NCBI GenBank assembly: GCA_038496445.1
Contig: JALMLS010000377.1
Span: 261,926-325,925, forward strand
DNA length: 64,000 nt
Source of the DNA: Trichosphaerium sp. ATCC 40318
Taxonomy: Eukaryota; Protista; Tubulinea
Reading direction: 5' to 3'
Below, in pieces: positions 12,681-26,199 of the stretch. The position numbers were made by a program, and so were the translations under genes. A model generated the notes under the pieces. It was not told the DNA's origin. It worked only from the letters and a program-made list of their open reading frames with translations, and made no database searches. Each line of letters begins with the position of its first letter. Within the stretch, counting starts at the first letter, position 1.

Positions 12681-14557
12681 ATGCGAACCTCACAAATTAA
12701 ACTAGCCGGTGCGTAGCAGCAATTGATATAACCTTTCTCGTATTTTTAGTGGCTAACTTTTATTCTTTAGCTCGCTCGGTATCACGTGGTCTGCTGACAT
12801 TACCAAACGATATTCAACTTTACATATGCTCGCTCGATAAAGAAGTTTATATAAAATATCACCTACTGTCTGCTGCAGCTGCTAAAAACACTCACTTTAC
12901 GAATGATTTTAGAAAAAAGGGTACCTGGAAGCAGTGGTATTCAACAGGAGAGTTAAAGGCCATGATTCAACTACCTGTTGGCGAGGTAAAACATTGGCAT
13001 AAAAACGGACAACTTCAGGCACATTGCTACCATAAAAACGGAAAGACACATGGAAAGGCATTGCAGTGGTATGAGAACGGGCAGCTGCAGCATCAATCAT
13101 TCTATTTACAAGGCAAACTTCATGGTGAGAGAACGCAATGGCACTCGAATGGGCAGATTGCTGAACAATGCTTCTTTGAAAATGGAGAAGGGACAGGAAA
13201 GCATCAAGAGTGGTACGAAAACGGACAGACGGCAGTACAAGGAATGCTGAAAAACGACAAGTACGAAGGAATACTCCAAAAGTGGTATGAAAATGGTAAT
13301 ATGAAAGCATATACAAGCGTCACAGATGGAATAAAAGAAGGTGAAGTGAAAGAGTGGTATGAAAATGGCAAACTAAAGATACACCACTTTCGTCAATGCA
13401 AAAAAGTGGCGAGGTTTAGGAAAGAATATTTTGAGAATGGAAACCTTAAATCTTGTTTGTTCTTGGAAGATAGCACAGATGACTTGTATAACCAAGAAAT
13501 GATCAAAGAAGGTAACATTAAAACTATCGATGGCAAACAATGTCTAAAAGAAACGCACTACCACGAAAATGGAACAAGAAAATTAGAAAAATTCTGTTGC
13601 AATGGTAAGCCTTACGGCACTGCAAAACAGTGGAATGAAGATGGCCAAATTACATCTTGTGTTGAGGTAAAGAATGGCATACCGTATGGTAAGAGTGTCA
13701 TTTACAAAGATGGGAATAAGATAATAAGTGCTATGTTCAAGAACGGAAAGAAGAATGGTAAATACAAGGAGTGGCATAAAAATACACAACTGTCGTTATG
13801 TGCACACTTTGTTGATAACGTCATGGAAGGACTAGTGGAAGAATGGTATGAAAATGGACAAATGAAACAGGTTTATACGATTCACAATGGCAAAAAAGAA
13901 GGAGAATGCAATTGCTGGTACAGTAATGGACAGTTATCATCTCAACGATTTTGGAAACACGGCTTAGAACATGGAGAATGTAGACAATGGTATGAAAATG
14001 GTAAATTACAAGTACGGGCTGTAGCAAAGAATGGTAAAACGGCAGGAAAGTATGAAGAGTTCTATGACAATGGACAATTACACAAGCGCTTCTATGAATG
14101 GGATGATAAAGTACAAGGCGAAGTAAAACGTTGGCACAGGAATGGACAGCTGCATTTACAGTCCTATGTAAAGGACAGTATTCCTCATGGAGAAGAAAAA
14201 GAATGGTACCCCAATGGACAAATGAAGCGATGTTTGACTCGTGTCAATGGAAAAGCCGAAGGTTTAGCTAGGATGTGGTATGAGTGTGGTCAAATTTACG
14301 TTAAGAACTTCTTCAAGGGAGGTAAGAAAGAAGGAGAGTACAAGGAATGGTACCAAAACGGGAATTTATGTACACAATGCTACTTTGTGAACTCGAAGTA
14401 TGAAGGAGAGTACAAAGAATGGTATGAGAATGGGCAAATGAAACTACAATGTATGACTAGAAATAACTTGGATAATGGTGAGTACAAAGTATGGTATCAA
14501 AATGGAAAACTAAAGCTACAATGCGTGAAGAAGAATGGCAAAAAAGTACTCCAATAA
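12681..14557 (+). CDS. MORN-variant (YwqK-like) repeat protein with an F-box-like N-terminus
   Basis: About 20 repeats of G-x-x-K-E-W-Y-E-N-G-Q-L. ATG at 12681 and a phase-1 intron at 12709-12770 (GCTAAC branch) join it to the long exon. LLTLPNDIQLYIC resembles an F-box start (weak). Confidence 0.85.
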
Positions 14558-15399
14558 ATAACTAAATAATAAAGAAGCAATTCGTCGATAAATAAACTAC
14601 CAATTTCTTATGTTCAGAAGTGAACCACGCTATAAAACGTATATACACTCTATTTAATGGCTATGATGCCGTAAAAATCAACAATTGTGTAGCTGTAGCA
14701 AAATTTGTTCTAAGAAAAAAGTTAATCGCTTATTCACTGATTGTAAACGATATTGAGAGCATTAGTCATCATTACTAATACGCCAGTGGCGATACTATGC
14801 TTCCCAGTGCCTCAAAGCGTTTGTAAAATCGACAGTAACCCCAGCACGAGTTTGTTGCAGCTACCGACAGAGATGTACTAACCGATAAAGTGTCAAAGCA
14901 CTTGCAGGTGTTGATTGCACACCTTAATAGCACCGTGGTAACTGATGAAGGTAAGAAATCATTGTAACACTGCCCTCCAAAGCTTGGTCAATATAGCACC
15001 CTCTTAGCATAGTTATAATTTGCTCAATGTATGGTTTTTTCAAAAGCGGAACAACATCCACCTTAGGTTTACCAGTACAAATAACAAACCTAGAGCGTAA
15101 CAAAGAGTCGTAAGGTAACAAGTTTGCTGTATGCATCCGGTTGAGGCTTCTTTGATTGCCAAATTCCATCACCCTGCTAATCCTTCAAACAAATTTCTTG
15201 AAATCAATCTGACGTGATTGAAAAAATGTCAATGTAAGCATTTTTTAAAAGCAGTACGAGGAATACACCACGGCAATAAAATCAATATGGAAGTATCTCC
15301 CCAACAAAACGGCAAGTGCTTGTATGAGACGTTACCAGCTCACAACGTATAATGTCGCCGTTGTTCTAGTGAACCTGCAATAGATGCACCAACAAGATT

Positions 15400-15740
15400 A
15401 CAATCATCTTGCAAACTTATTATCGATCTAGATTCTGAAGTGTACTTAAAATGGCCTCTGCTTGAGGTTTGATAATGATTTGAAGAAACATGGTAAATGG
15501 AAGCAGTTTAAAGTTTTGAGTTACTTGTCAGGATGTTGTATGATACACGCAATATCACTTGCAAATATGAAATCATACAAGAAGAGTATTGAAGTCATGG
15601 TAAGCTACATGAAGAGTTTAAAGAGTGGTATGGCAATGGTCAATTATACGAGTACAAACAATGGTATGTAAATACTCAATTAGAAATACAACGTACATTT
15701 GTGTATGGCAAAGAAGGAGATCTATTATTAAATACTAAGC
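15400..15740 (+). pseudogene. Frameshifted, truncated paralog of the MORN-repeat gene
   Basis: Fragments in different frames: IDLDSEVYLKW (cf. CSLDKEVYIKY), FDNDLKKHGKWKQF (cf. FTNDFRKKGTWKQW) and HGKLHEEFKEWYGNGQL. Confidence 0.7.
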
Positions 15741-16100
15741 TATGGATATTGTTGCCAGTTTCTGTACAATAAATATCGCTTGCGTGGCCTTTTTATCAGT
15801 AAGAGTAGTGTTTAGATCTTGTAGGTAAAGCAAACTTACTGTATCTTGCAAATTTATTTTGATAAATTAGGCTACTTAGGGTCTAATGCAATAAACTGTT
15901 TCAATGACGCAATAATGTATGCAATAACTTGATGACATGAATTACATGCATGGTACAAGCTTACTACATCGTATTTTTTCGCTCCTTTATGTCGCTAACG
16001 AAATCCAAACAAAAAAACTGCCACGTGACACTTGGCGTAGCAAAAAAGGGAAATGTGTACTTCTTTGCATGCGCTTAATTCTGTTGTTTTTTTAGCCACC

Positions 16101-19100
16101 ATGCAGAAGGAGCAGCCCTACGAAGTGCGCGTGCACGTTATAGAAGCGCGCGATCTTCTACCCAGGCACGTTTTAATTAACTTCTCGCCTCTTGTTTATA
16201 AACATAATTCTGTACAGAGATGGAAACGGTATGTCTGATCCTGTGTGCTATGTAACGGCGTTTGGTAAAACTCAGAAGACAAAGGTGATGATCTCATCAA
16301 AAAAAAACTTTACAACACTTTTTCCTTTGACGCTAAATTAACGTTCTACAGGTGCACAATAAGACAACCAACGTCACATTCGATAGATGGTTTATATTCA
16401 AGAGTAAACATGAGATAACACCTGAAGCTCTCGCAAGAGAGAAGCTTAAGTTCGTTGTATATGATGCCAACGTAATTTTGAGAAACACGCAGATAGGTAA
16501 GGGACATAATTCCATAATTGTGTCGCACAAACGCTTTCTTTTTCGTAGGTTCTCATGTTATTGATATGGGTCACGTTCATAAACAGAAAGGACACGAAAT
16601 TTTCGCAAAGTGGCTCGTTTTGGCCGATAAAAAACATGAAGGCGTACAAGTACGGAAAATCACGCCTCTTCGGTCACGTGATAGCGAATAAAGGTGTTAG
16701 GGTTATCTAAAAATTACTGCTGTTGTTCTTGGACCAGGAGATCTTCCTTTACCTCACGACGAAGGAGAAGAGTTTCAGGATGAACAACATGGCGATTCGC
16801 TTCAATCTATGGTATCTTGTCATTTTGAGAAAAGGAAAAAAAACGCTTTAAAACTGACATTTCTTAGCTTTTGGTGCCACCTTCACTTGCAGTAGAAGAT
16901 TGGACACTTAGTATTAAATGCCATGAAGCTACATTTTTGCCTAAAACTGACTGTACGTCATTTTAATTCAGTATTGCTTGAAACATAGTGCTAAAAACTG
17001 TTTTTTTTTAAAGTGTCAAAGAGTGATCCGTATCTATCTGTTCATTTTGGTGGTAATAGATTACGAACGCACCACAAGAAAAAAACGCTATCACCTGTAT
17101 GGAATGAAGAGCTATTGTTTCCATTTGTCCGACCAACGTAAGCAATATTTTATCATTGGGATTAGTAATACTTAACTTGTATAAACATAGTATGTCCGAT
17201 GCAATCAAAATTGAGCTTTGGGATGACGATACCCTGGTAACCCTTTCCTCTTTACAACTAGTATATACTTACTTATATTTATTAAGAGGCGAGATGACTA
17301 TGTTGCATGCATATTCTATTCATTAAAAGACCTAATTGATAAAGCAAAAAATCCAGGTAAAAATAAGAAAAAAAGCCCACTTCTCTTTTCAGTTGTTTAA
17401 CAAAGCTAAGGTCTTCATTGGTGCAACATCTATTATGACCCTGATGAAAAGAAACTTGTACAAGCAGATTCAAGTCTTTGTCGTGGAATGATGCTACTTG
17501 ACTTGAAAGTCATTAAAAGACAAACTAAAAAAGTACGTCAACAAGTAAAATGTTTTTGCAATGCTGACTTGGGTTCTAGCCAAATGTCAAACCTTGTTCT
17601 GGGCCTGCTCGACCAGCAGATATTAGATACTCCCTTTTAGTAGGCAAGTAATTACATAGAGATGATAGAACTAACTAGTTTGCACATAGATGTATTTGAA
17701 GCCGCAAACATTCCTTCAAATGAAAAGATTTTTGTTAGCGCTCAAATAGGAAATGCAGGGACGATAGTAACATCTAAGCAAATGCCAACTAGGGTACAAA
17801 ATCCTTTCATAAAAGCCGTGTTAATTTAGTACTAAATCATCCTATTTTAGAATGGAACATCACGTTTTTTTGAGCAACTCAATCCACTTAATATATCTTT
17901 ACCGCAAAAAAAGGAATCACTGCCAGATATTTTCATACACGTCACAAAAAAAAAACAGAAGCGTATTGGTTATGTTAGAGTCAAGGTACACCTTCAATAT
18001 TAGCATAATATTTACACGTGACACTTTAGCCAACCGATCTCACTACACAAGGCGAACCAAAGTGGGTACGTTGAAAAATAACCAATAAGAGTTGAAAGGC
18101 TAGAACTTTAAAATACAGCGTATCTTTAGCTACCTTTGTAATTATGTTAACTCTACGTAGTATGAACTCGAACCAGATCCATGGACTAAATATAAAGAAC
18201 ATAAAGTGCCGGGCAATATACTAATCCGTCTATCATTTGGTCTACATAATGTACAATGACTTAATCAAACTGAACTCCTCTGATTTTTTTGTTTGCAGGA
18301 GGTTTCATCTCACAATAGACCATCAGCGGATCCTCTCAAATTAATACCTTACGAAATCCGTGCTCACGTTTATCAAGCAAAAAATCTGTCTCCAAAAGAT
18401 ACCAATGGCTCATCAGATCCGTAAGTATCTTGTAAAAATTTTTTTGGCTATCATGCTAAAATGTTTAGATTTGTTTCTGTTCAAATGGGCAAGGTCAAGA
18501 CAAGAACATCTATAAAGGAAGATACACTGTTTCCATTGTGGTATGAAACGAATGTCCTTAATGTTGAACTACCGACAGACTTATCGCATGCACCATTAGT
18601 CACGGTGAAGGTAAGTAAAAACCCATCAACACTCACGCAAGAAAGTAGAAAATTAAACTGCTATAGGTTTGGGACGATGACCCTCTTGGAGATGATTTTA
18701 TTGGGCGTATTGAAGTACCTGTTACGCAAATGTCACCAGAGTACCAGAAAAAACCAAAATGGTACGCCCACGTGCTATCACTGGAAACAGATTTTCAAAG
18801 CAATCACGTTTAGTGATTTCCGAGTTATTGGTGAACTAATCAAATTAGGTATACACTTACAAGTGGAAAGGGTGCATTTGAAGGAGAGATATTATTGGGT
18901 TTCCAATTAATTCCAAAGGACAGTAGTTCTAAGTATCCAGTTGTCGATATAAAACCAGAACTCATTGATTGTGTTGTTGAGGTTGATGTTGTCAGTATTC
19001 GCGAACTTGTACACTACGCGTACGATACTATATTAAGATACCTTCAATTTGTTCGTACTTAACATGTATTACTTAGGTCGTTACCATGTAACAAACCATA

Positions 19101-21953
19101 CCTCCGCCTAACGATTGGAGATGAACAAAAGAAAGGAAGTAAAAACCCTCTTGGTTTGGCTCTTCCAAACATCCTAAAGAAAAAATCTATGAAGTGCAGC
19201 CATGTCCAGTCGAGAGTACCTCAATCAAAGAGCAGTGGAAATAGCTGCGAAGTACTACAGGCAAGACTTCCTTACATTTGTACTAACTTTTTTCGTTTTT
19301 TTGCTCCCATCTCGAATTCAAATGGACACATTTTACCCGTTATTTGTTTTTGTGTAAGTGATGATTTATTTACTTCGATTAGACTCTTGTTCTTGAATGT
19401 CGACTCCCTAAAGACCCACTTTTCGCTCCTTCTTTGAACTTTAAAATGTTCGATAGCAGGAAACTTCAAGTTGATCCTGTTGTTGGATACACATCTGTTA
19501 GTCTTGGAGAATACTGCCCATGGAACCCTAATCAAGAACATCAAAATACACACGTAGATCAAAACAAAGGGAAAATAGTAAAGATTGAGGTGCCTCCTGA
19601 TAAGGACGCGTTCCAAGAGGTAACAAAAAACAGTTGTATTTTTTGACTTTCATGTCGATTTTCTTTATCAACTAACATATGGTTATTAGGCAGCAGAAGC
19701 TGCTGAGGGTATGCCAAGGCCTGTACAATTAGATATACCATCTTTCAACGTTGTGAAGCCTGGCGCTTCTGAAGACACACCATTGCTTGTAACTGGTGAA
19801 GAGACAAATCTTGAAACTGTCATAGGTTCTCTTGTTATTAGTGCTTTTCAACTCTTGATTTACTTACAACTATCGCAGATAGCTTAGAGTCTAGGGAGGC
19901 TGATATACCACCAGCAGAGCTTAATATTGACGAGATCGAAGGTGAAGTTAATGACGAAGACCAAGTCGAACTTGATGGTGCGTTGTTTATAAATATTGAA
20001 GCTTACTTAGTAATAGACGGTGCTGGTGTTCCAGGACTTCCTCGTGCTGAAGATGGCACTATCTTAGAAGAAGGAGAAGATGAAATAAAGATTGGTGATG
20101 GTAAAAGAATAAGGACAGGAGCACTTGAGAGGAAGATTACGCCAAGATTTGAAGAGTTTGATTTATTCAGAGAACAGATTTTATTGAAGCAATGGTTTGT
20201 TGATAAGAACTCTCGTTTAGTCGAAGCTGGTATTGTTAAAGTACGCATGAATAGTATTAAGAGATACTAATTAAGGTTAGGCAAGCGTCAACGTTCATCA
20301 AAAGGAAACGTGGAAGCCAGGTCATGACGTATCTCAATTACTTCAACCAGAAACAGTTAAAGTTAGAATATACATTCTTCGTGGTCTTGGACTTGTACCT
20401 GCAGATAAGAACGGAAAAGCTGATCCATATGTCGTTATAGATAATGGAACAAAGGGCGGTAAGCAAAATTAAAGCTCGACTTTAAAGGAGGATGCTAATG
20501 TAAGTTTTCTTTCTCAAGGCTTTCCAAATATCAACGATATCCAAAAAGTGCAACTGGAAACACTATTCCCTTCGTTCTACGAATGCTATGAATTCTCAAT
20601 GACAATGCCTGATAAATCTGGTCGTGTACATGTGAGTCTTTGGGATCATGATCCAGGCAAATTCGAGACAGATGATCTCATCGGAACAACTGTAATAGAC
20701 CTTGGAGACAGGCAAGAGCGCTTAATTTGATGTGTGACTTAACAGTTTTTCAAGGTGGTACAGCAAAGAGTGGAGAGCACTTAAAAAGAAACCTATTGAA
20801 AGAAGACCTTTGTTTATCGATACTTCAAAATGTGCACAGGTAAAAAATGGTTTTCGCGCACGTGATTTTGTTTGACATAACCGATTTTTATCAAATAGGG
20901 ATTGCTTGAACTTTGGGTAGATATTCTGACAACAGAAGAAGCTTCTCGTACACCAATCGAAGATATCAAACCACCTGGTAGATTTAGTCTACATTAGAAG
21001 TTCTCTCTAAGTATAATTTTTTAAGGTCCACAACAATGGCAACTAAGGATGTGTATCTGGGATGCTCATGATGTACCAGCAATGGATAACTTTGTATGAC
21101 TATTTTCAGAAGATAAATCGTTTGTAATTAGTTAACCTTATAAACAGGGCTCAAGTGATGTATACGTACTGGGAAAGATGCACGGACAAAAAGCTCAAAC
21201 GACAGATACCAACTGGTTCAGTAAAGATGGTATCCACACCGAAAATTGACACCAAACGAAACCATTCACTTTGAAATAGGAAAATGTTATTGGAACTGGC
21301 GTATGGTATGGAATGTTACAGTACCTCAAAAGATATCACGTTGGACTGTTCAAGTATGGGATAAAGATGTATTTAATCCAGATGATGCTATAGCAGAAGG
21401 TGTTATTGACTTTGGAGGATTCTTTAAGAAGGTACTTAGAACAGACGCTGCAAGTGTAAAAAACTGACTTCGAAAAGGCGTTTTATTCAAAAGAACAAAA
21501 ATTATCTCTGAAGAAACAAGAACTTGTCTTGGCGCATTCTGGTGCTAGAAACGAGAAACGAGTACGTGTTTTTGTTGTCGGTTATTAGCATCAACTAACT
21601 TATTGCTACAGGGTGTCCTTGTCGTTAGTCTTGACCTAGTTACAGCTGAATACGCTGCTAAAAACGAAGGTGAGCTCACGTGTTTTTTACTCTTTTTTGT
21701 TCTGACTGTCTTTGCGTTTTTAGTTGGTATTGGTCGTAGTGAACCCAATAGAGATCCTTATCTACCTGATCCACCTCGTCCTGCTAGCTCTTTTAATCCA
21801 TTCCGTATTGATAAATGGTTTAACTTTGGATGGAAAAAGTATAGATGCAGAGTAATTACATGTTGCATAATTTGTCTTGTACTTATCTTGGCTGCTGGTC
21901 TTCCAACATTGTTTGGATTCCTTGGATTTATCCCTGGTTTCCCATCACTATAA
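16101..21953 (+). CDS. Ferlin-family multi-C2-domain tail-anchored protein
   Basis: Repeated C2 motifs (YEVRVHVIEARDL, YEIRAHVYQAKNL..DTNGSSDP, RIYILRGLGLVPADKNGKADPY, VQVWDKD), VGIGRSEPN..P and a single C-terminal TM. More than 25 short introns. Confidence 0.9.
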
Positions 21954-22243
21954 AAAAAGGACCTCTAAGAGACTAAGGCCCATTACAAAGTAGTATAAAC
22001 TTCAGTGAATAACTTGAACACGTGTTAAGAATTATCATTCTTACTTTCTGGTTTTCTTAATTTTCTCGCAAAAAAAGATATGAACGCATTCTGTACCCAT
22101 ACTGTCATTGCCTACATATTCTTTACATCATTTACATTCTCAATCTCCATACACGTTTTTTTTAAACGGACACGTTGCTCGTTCTTTGAATTTTCAGTTC
22201 CGATCTTCTTTTTATTTTGTCAAAACACTTGCCCCAGGAACCT

Positions 22244-24300
22244 ATGTCAACTTACATAAAAGCAAAAACTTCATCGCTAGGCGACAGTACGCTTCACACT
22301 TTGTTGCAACTGGTTTAAAGTGGTATTGATCCATGTGTAGTTAAACTTGATGCTGAGCCAACATCTACGCATAATCTTGTGATTTACTCCCTTTACGTTC
22401 GAAACCAAACGGCTGAAGGTGTGTTTGCTTGAAACGCCGGCTATGTTAGTTGAATTAATTGTTTAGGCACTTTCAAAGCTGCAGCAGGCGATCTAGGCCG
22501 TATTAAAGCCCTTAAGTACGTATTCAGTTTCAACAATACGTTAACGTTCTTGTTAGCGTTGATTACGTGTGGTTATTGCCAATACACCCAATTGGCGTCG
22601 TAGACAAAAAAGTACGTTGCTCTTTCGTGCCATACCTTGTTCATAACCCTAACAGGGTTCTCTGGGCTGTCCATATGCTATCAAAGACTATAAAGCCGTT
22701 AATCCAGGTAATGAACCAAAGAAACCTAAGCACAGCTTCGTACTAAAAACGAACTTTTTTTTTGAAGAATATGGCTCTCTGGAAGACTTTAAAGAGTTTG
22801 TAAAAACGGCTCATGATCTTGGTTTGAAAGTCATGATAGATGTTGTCTACAACCACACTTCTCCTGATTCGCCTTGCACATCAAACCATACTGTAAGTTG
22901 TGTTGTAGAAAATTTTTTTTCGAAGGCCATCATAGCTTGCTGACTTGCTATTTTTAAGGATTGGTATAGGTTAGATGATGAAGGCAAACCTACAAGATCT
23001 AATCCAAGATGGTCAGACATTGTTGAATTCTCGTGGTCTGATAAGAATGGCACAACTCTTATTCTTTTTTTTTGTTTTTATCACGTGACTAACATATGTT
23101 TTCTTTTAGGCAATTGGATTATTAATGACGAGCTTTGCTCGTATCTGATAGATGCTCTTGTTCATTGGACAAATATTGGCGTCGATGGATTCCGTTGTGA
23201 TGTTGCAGGCAACATCCCTTTAACTTTTTGGAAAGATGCAAAAAAAGCAGTTTCTAAAGTAAACCCTAAAGTCATCTGGCTTGCCGAGTCTGCAGCTCCA
23301 GTGATAATAGAAAAACGGTATGAAAGTATAGTCAAGCGTTAAATTTGATGTACTGATTTATTATAGACGTACTCTTGGGTACCCAAATGTTACAACACCG
23401 GAACTATTTACAGTGTTTGATCTTTGCTATGACTATGAATTGTTCGCGCTTTTCATACACGCAGTCTGTACTAATGATAACAATGAGAACTTGAAGACAT
23501 TTTTAATGCTTCAACGTTATCAACCTACAATGTACCCAGCTTCAGCCAGTGTAATGCACTTTGTTGAAAACCACGACACACCACGTTTCAACTCTGTTGT
23601 TTCTCAGGATAATATCGCACGTGCTTGGACTGCTTTTCAAGCTTTTCTACCTGGAGCAATGCTTTTACATGGTGGACAAGAGTCTAACGCTACAAAAACA
23701 CCCTCGTTGTTCGAGAAGGCACGTAAAGCGAAAGGATTTAAAGAGAAGGAAATAGTGGTTTTTAGTTTGATTGTTTACATTTTTTGGGTTAGGATTCGAT
23801 TCCTTGGAGATCGTATGGGACGTCAGATTTTCTTTCAAGGATATGCTTGGTAAAGAAACATAAGGCTTGTGGTGGGTTTTTTAATGTCATCAGTGAAAAA
23901 CCACATATTGTCGCACAATGGAGATGTAAAACAGATAAAAAGTCAGGTCTGCTTGGTATATTTAATGTAACTGGTAAAAGTAGTGTGAAACCAAAGATTC
24001 CGCTATCAGACGGACAATATCTTGACCTCATCTCAGGTACCCATTTGTGCCTTGATAGCGTCTTTTTAACTGCACAGTTTCCTAAGAACTAACAATGTTT
24101 AAGGTCAACAAATCAATGTTGCTTCTCGTACATGTCGTGTCACTGGGCCAGCAATGGTTTTGGAGTACTTGGACAAAATGATATTTGATCGACTCTCAAA
24201 CACCATCATGGATAGAAGGCGTAGGAGTAATAACGATTCCACCAAAAAAGGCAGAGGTCGCGGAGGTAGACAAAAAGGAAGAAGAGGAAGACTTCAGTAA
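22244..24300 (+). CDS. GH13 alpha-amylase, bacterial-type, with a basic RG-rich tail
   Basis: VIYSLYVRN, VWLLPIHPIG, GSLGCPYAIKDY, MIDVVYNHTS, GVDGFRCDVA, WLAES and FVENHD, so all GH13 catalytic regions are present. Confidence 0.9.
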
Positions 24301-24504
24301 AATAATACAGCAGTATTACAAAATGTCAATAAAAAATGGTTCTCAGGCAAAGAAAATCAAAATCAAAATCACGTGTCTCTAAAGGTTGTTATACGTAATG
24401 TTGTCTACATCTAGCTAAATCAGAGGATGATTTCTTCGCCTTTTGCTTTTAAAGTAGCGTGGTAGTCTGTTAACAACTTACTAATTATTTTATTCTGGTA
24501 TTTT

Positions 24505-25653
24505 TTAGCTTACACCTACAACCAGTATCTCTTTACTGACTATATTCAAATCCTTCTAACACAAGGCATACGACCATTACTGTATACTGGAGGTGTTACT
24601 TCTAGTCCAGGATAATAACTGAAAGTTGTATGAAAATCGAATGTAAAGGTACCAGCATTAATCCTGCTTGCTATTTAAAAACAAGAATGAGTATAATAAA
24701 ATACAACATTAAGTACACTACAAATAACCTCTTTTATATAGCGTACCATCAATCTTGTTAACATGTGTAACTCGCCCAGTTTGTGCATATACCCCAAGTA
24801 GCGTATCACTTATGCGCGTAAGAGAAAATATGACGCCTGTAAAAGTACTGAACGGTGTCAAGCTGGCTGCACTTATCCGACATGTGTCTTCAGTAAGCAA
24901 AGAAGTATCAAATGAAGATATAGTTGCTCGATTATTAGATGGTTGGCGTGTCACTATATACGTTGTACTACCATCAATCTCAACTAGGGAAATAGTATTG
25001 GACTTCAACCTTAAAAAAAATGACTTCGTACATGCATCAATTGGACGTAAAGATTCTAGAATACATATGTCTGTCCTATCTTTGATACAAGAACCGCCAG
25101 GTGTTATGTCAATAGTGTAACGAACAAATCTTGACTCATTGGAATCTAAGACAACAAAGTTGTTTTCGTCAATGAAGTTTCCACCGGCCGGGTTTGCAGG
25201 TACATTCGCTGCAGCGCTTGTGCAAAGAACGGTACCTTCTGCCACATCAAGGATGGATACGGAAGGATTAGTTCCAAATGTAAGTATCATAGAGCCATCA
25301 AGAGAAGGAACTGTGACGACATTAGTATAAATTTTTGCTTGTCACGTGACTAACACGTGACTAGCTTGCAATATGCTAAGGTTAAATTTACCTGCGGCGG
25401 CTATGCTTCCTTGAAAAAATATTGGCTCTGGAAAATCAAACAACCTTTCTAATTGGATTAAGGAGTTCAGGAGTACCAAAAAACAAGGCCTACCATTAGT
25501 AAAATCTAGATCTAGTTGTGATAGTACAATAGCCCCAGGTGCTATTTCAGAGCGAATGACGCTTTCTGGTATTTGAGCGGATGAAGAAGCGCACAGAATG
25601 AACCCAAGCGCTGCGTAACACGATATTAAGGCGAATGTGCGTTTTGCGAGCAT
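24505..25653 (-). CDS. Hypothetical secreted beta-rich protein
   Basis: Signal peptide MLAKRTFALISCYAALGFILCASSSA. ORFs 25342-25680 and 24718-25290 are joined by a short intron. No family recognised. Confidence 0.6.
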
Positions 25654-25744
25654 TGTTGTTTTATGGTTTGTTGCTAGCAATTTTGGCTTTTAACAAGCGA
25701 ACTTGTGAATGGGCTTATTTGTCGCTCTTGGTCAAGACATCATT

Positions 25745-25816
25745 TCGTCACAGGTACTTCTCTTGATGGCTCTATGATACTTACATTGGGCACTAATCCT
25801 TCCATGTCCATTGATG
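25745..25816 (+). repeat. Diverged inverted copy of about 70 bp from exon 2 of the adjacent gene (25244-25319)
   Basis: CTTCTCTTGATGGCTCTATGATACTTACATT..ACTAATCCTTCC occurs here and as the reverse complement at about 25261-25307. Confidence 0.85.
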
Positions 25817-26199
25817 CAACATGAAGATATTCAGTTAATGATCCGAGACTCAACGGGCTCCGTGAGAGTCCGAGATGTAACGCTATATAGCGACATATAA
25901 CTTACAATAGAATTAACTTACACATATATGTACCACTCACTCATCTTGCTATATCCTCTCCGTTACATGGGCGGGAAGTGATAAGAACTTGGTGTATATT
26001 TCCGAAGGGTGTTTCAGAGTTTAGCAGAATTTCTGCAAAATAATGAAATGAGAAATGATGCACTGCCGATCGAGTAAGCAAAGACGTGTAGTGTAGCGGA
26101 ATTATCATCAACCAAAACACGCTTTCGCAGCAAACTGAACACGTGGTTTTTAGAATGGGCATGTGATTAGTTTATTGACTTAACAAGTATTTAATTTTA

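Noticed and set aside
14600-15350. Short ORF 14924-15172 as a gene
   Set aside because: No motif or convincing exon chain could be built.
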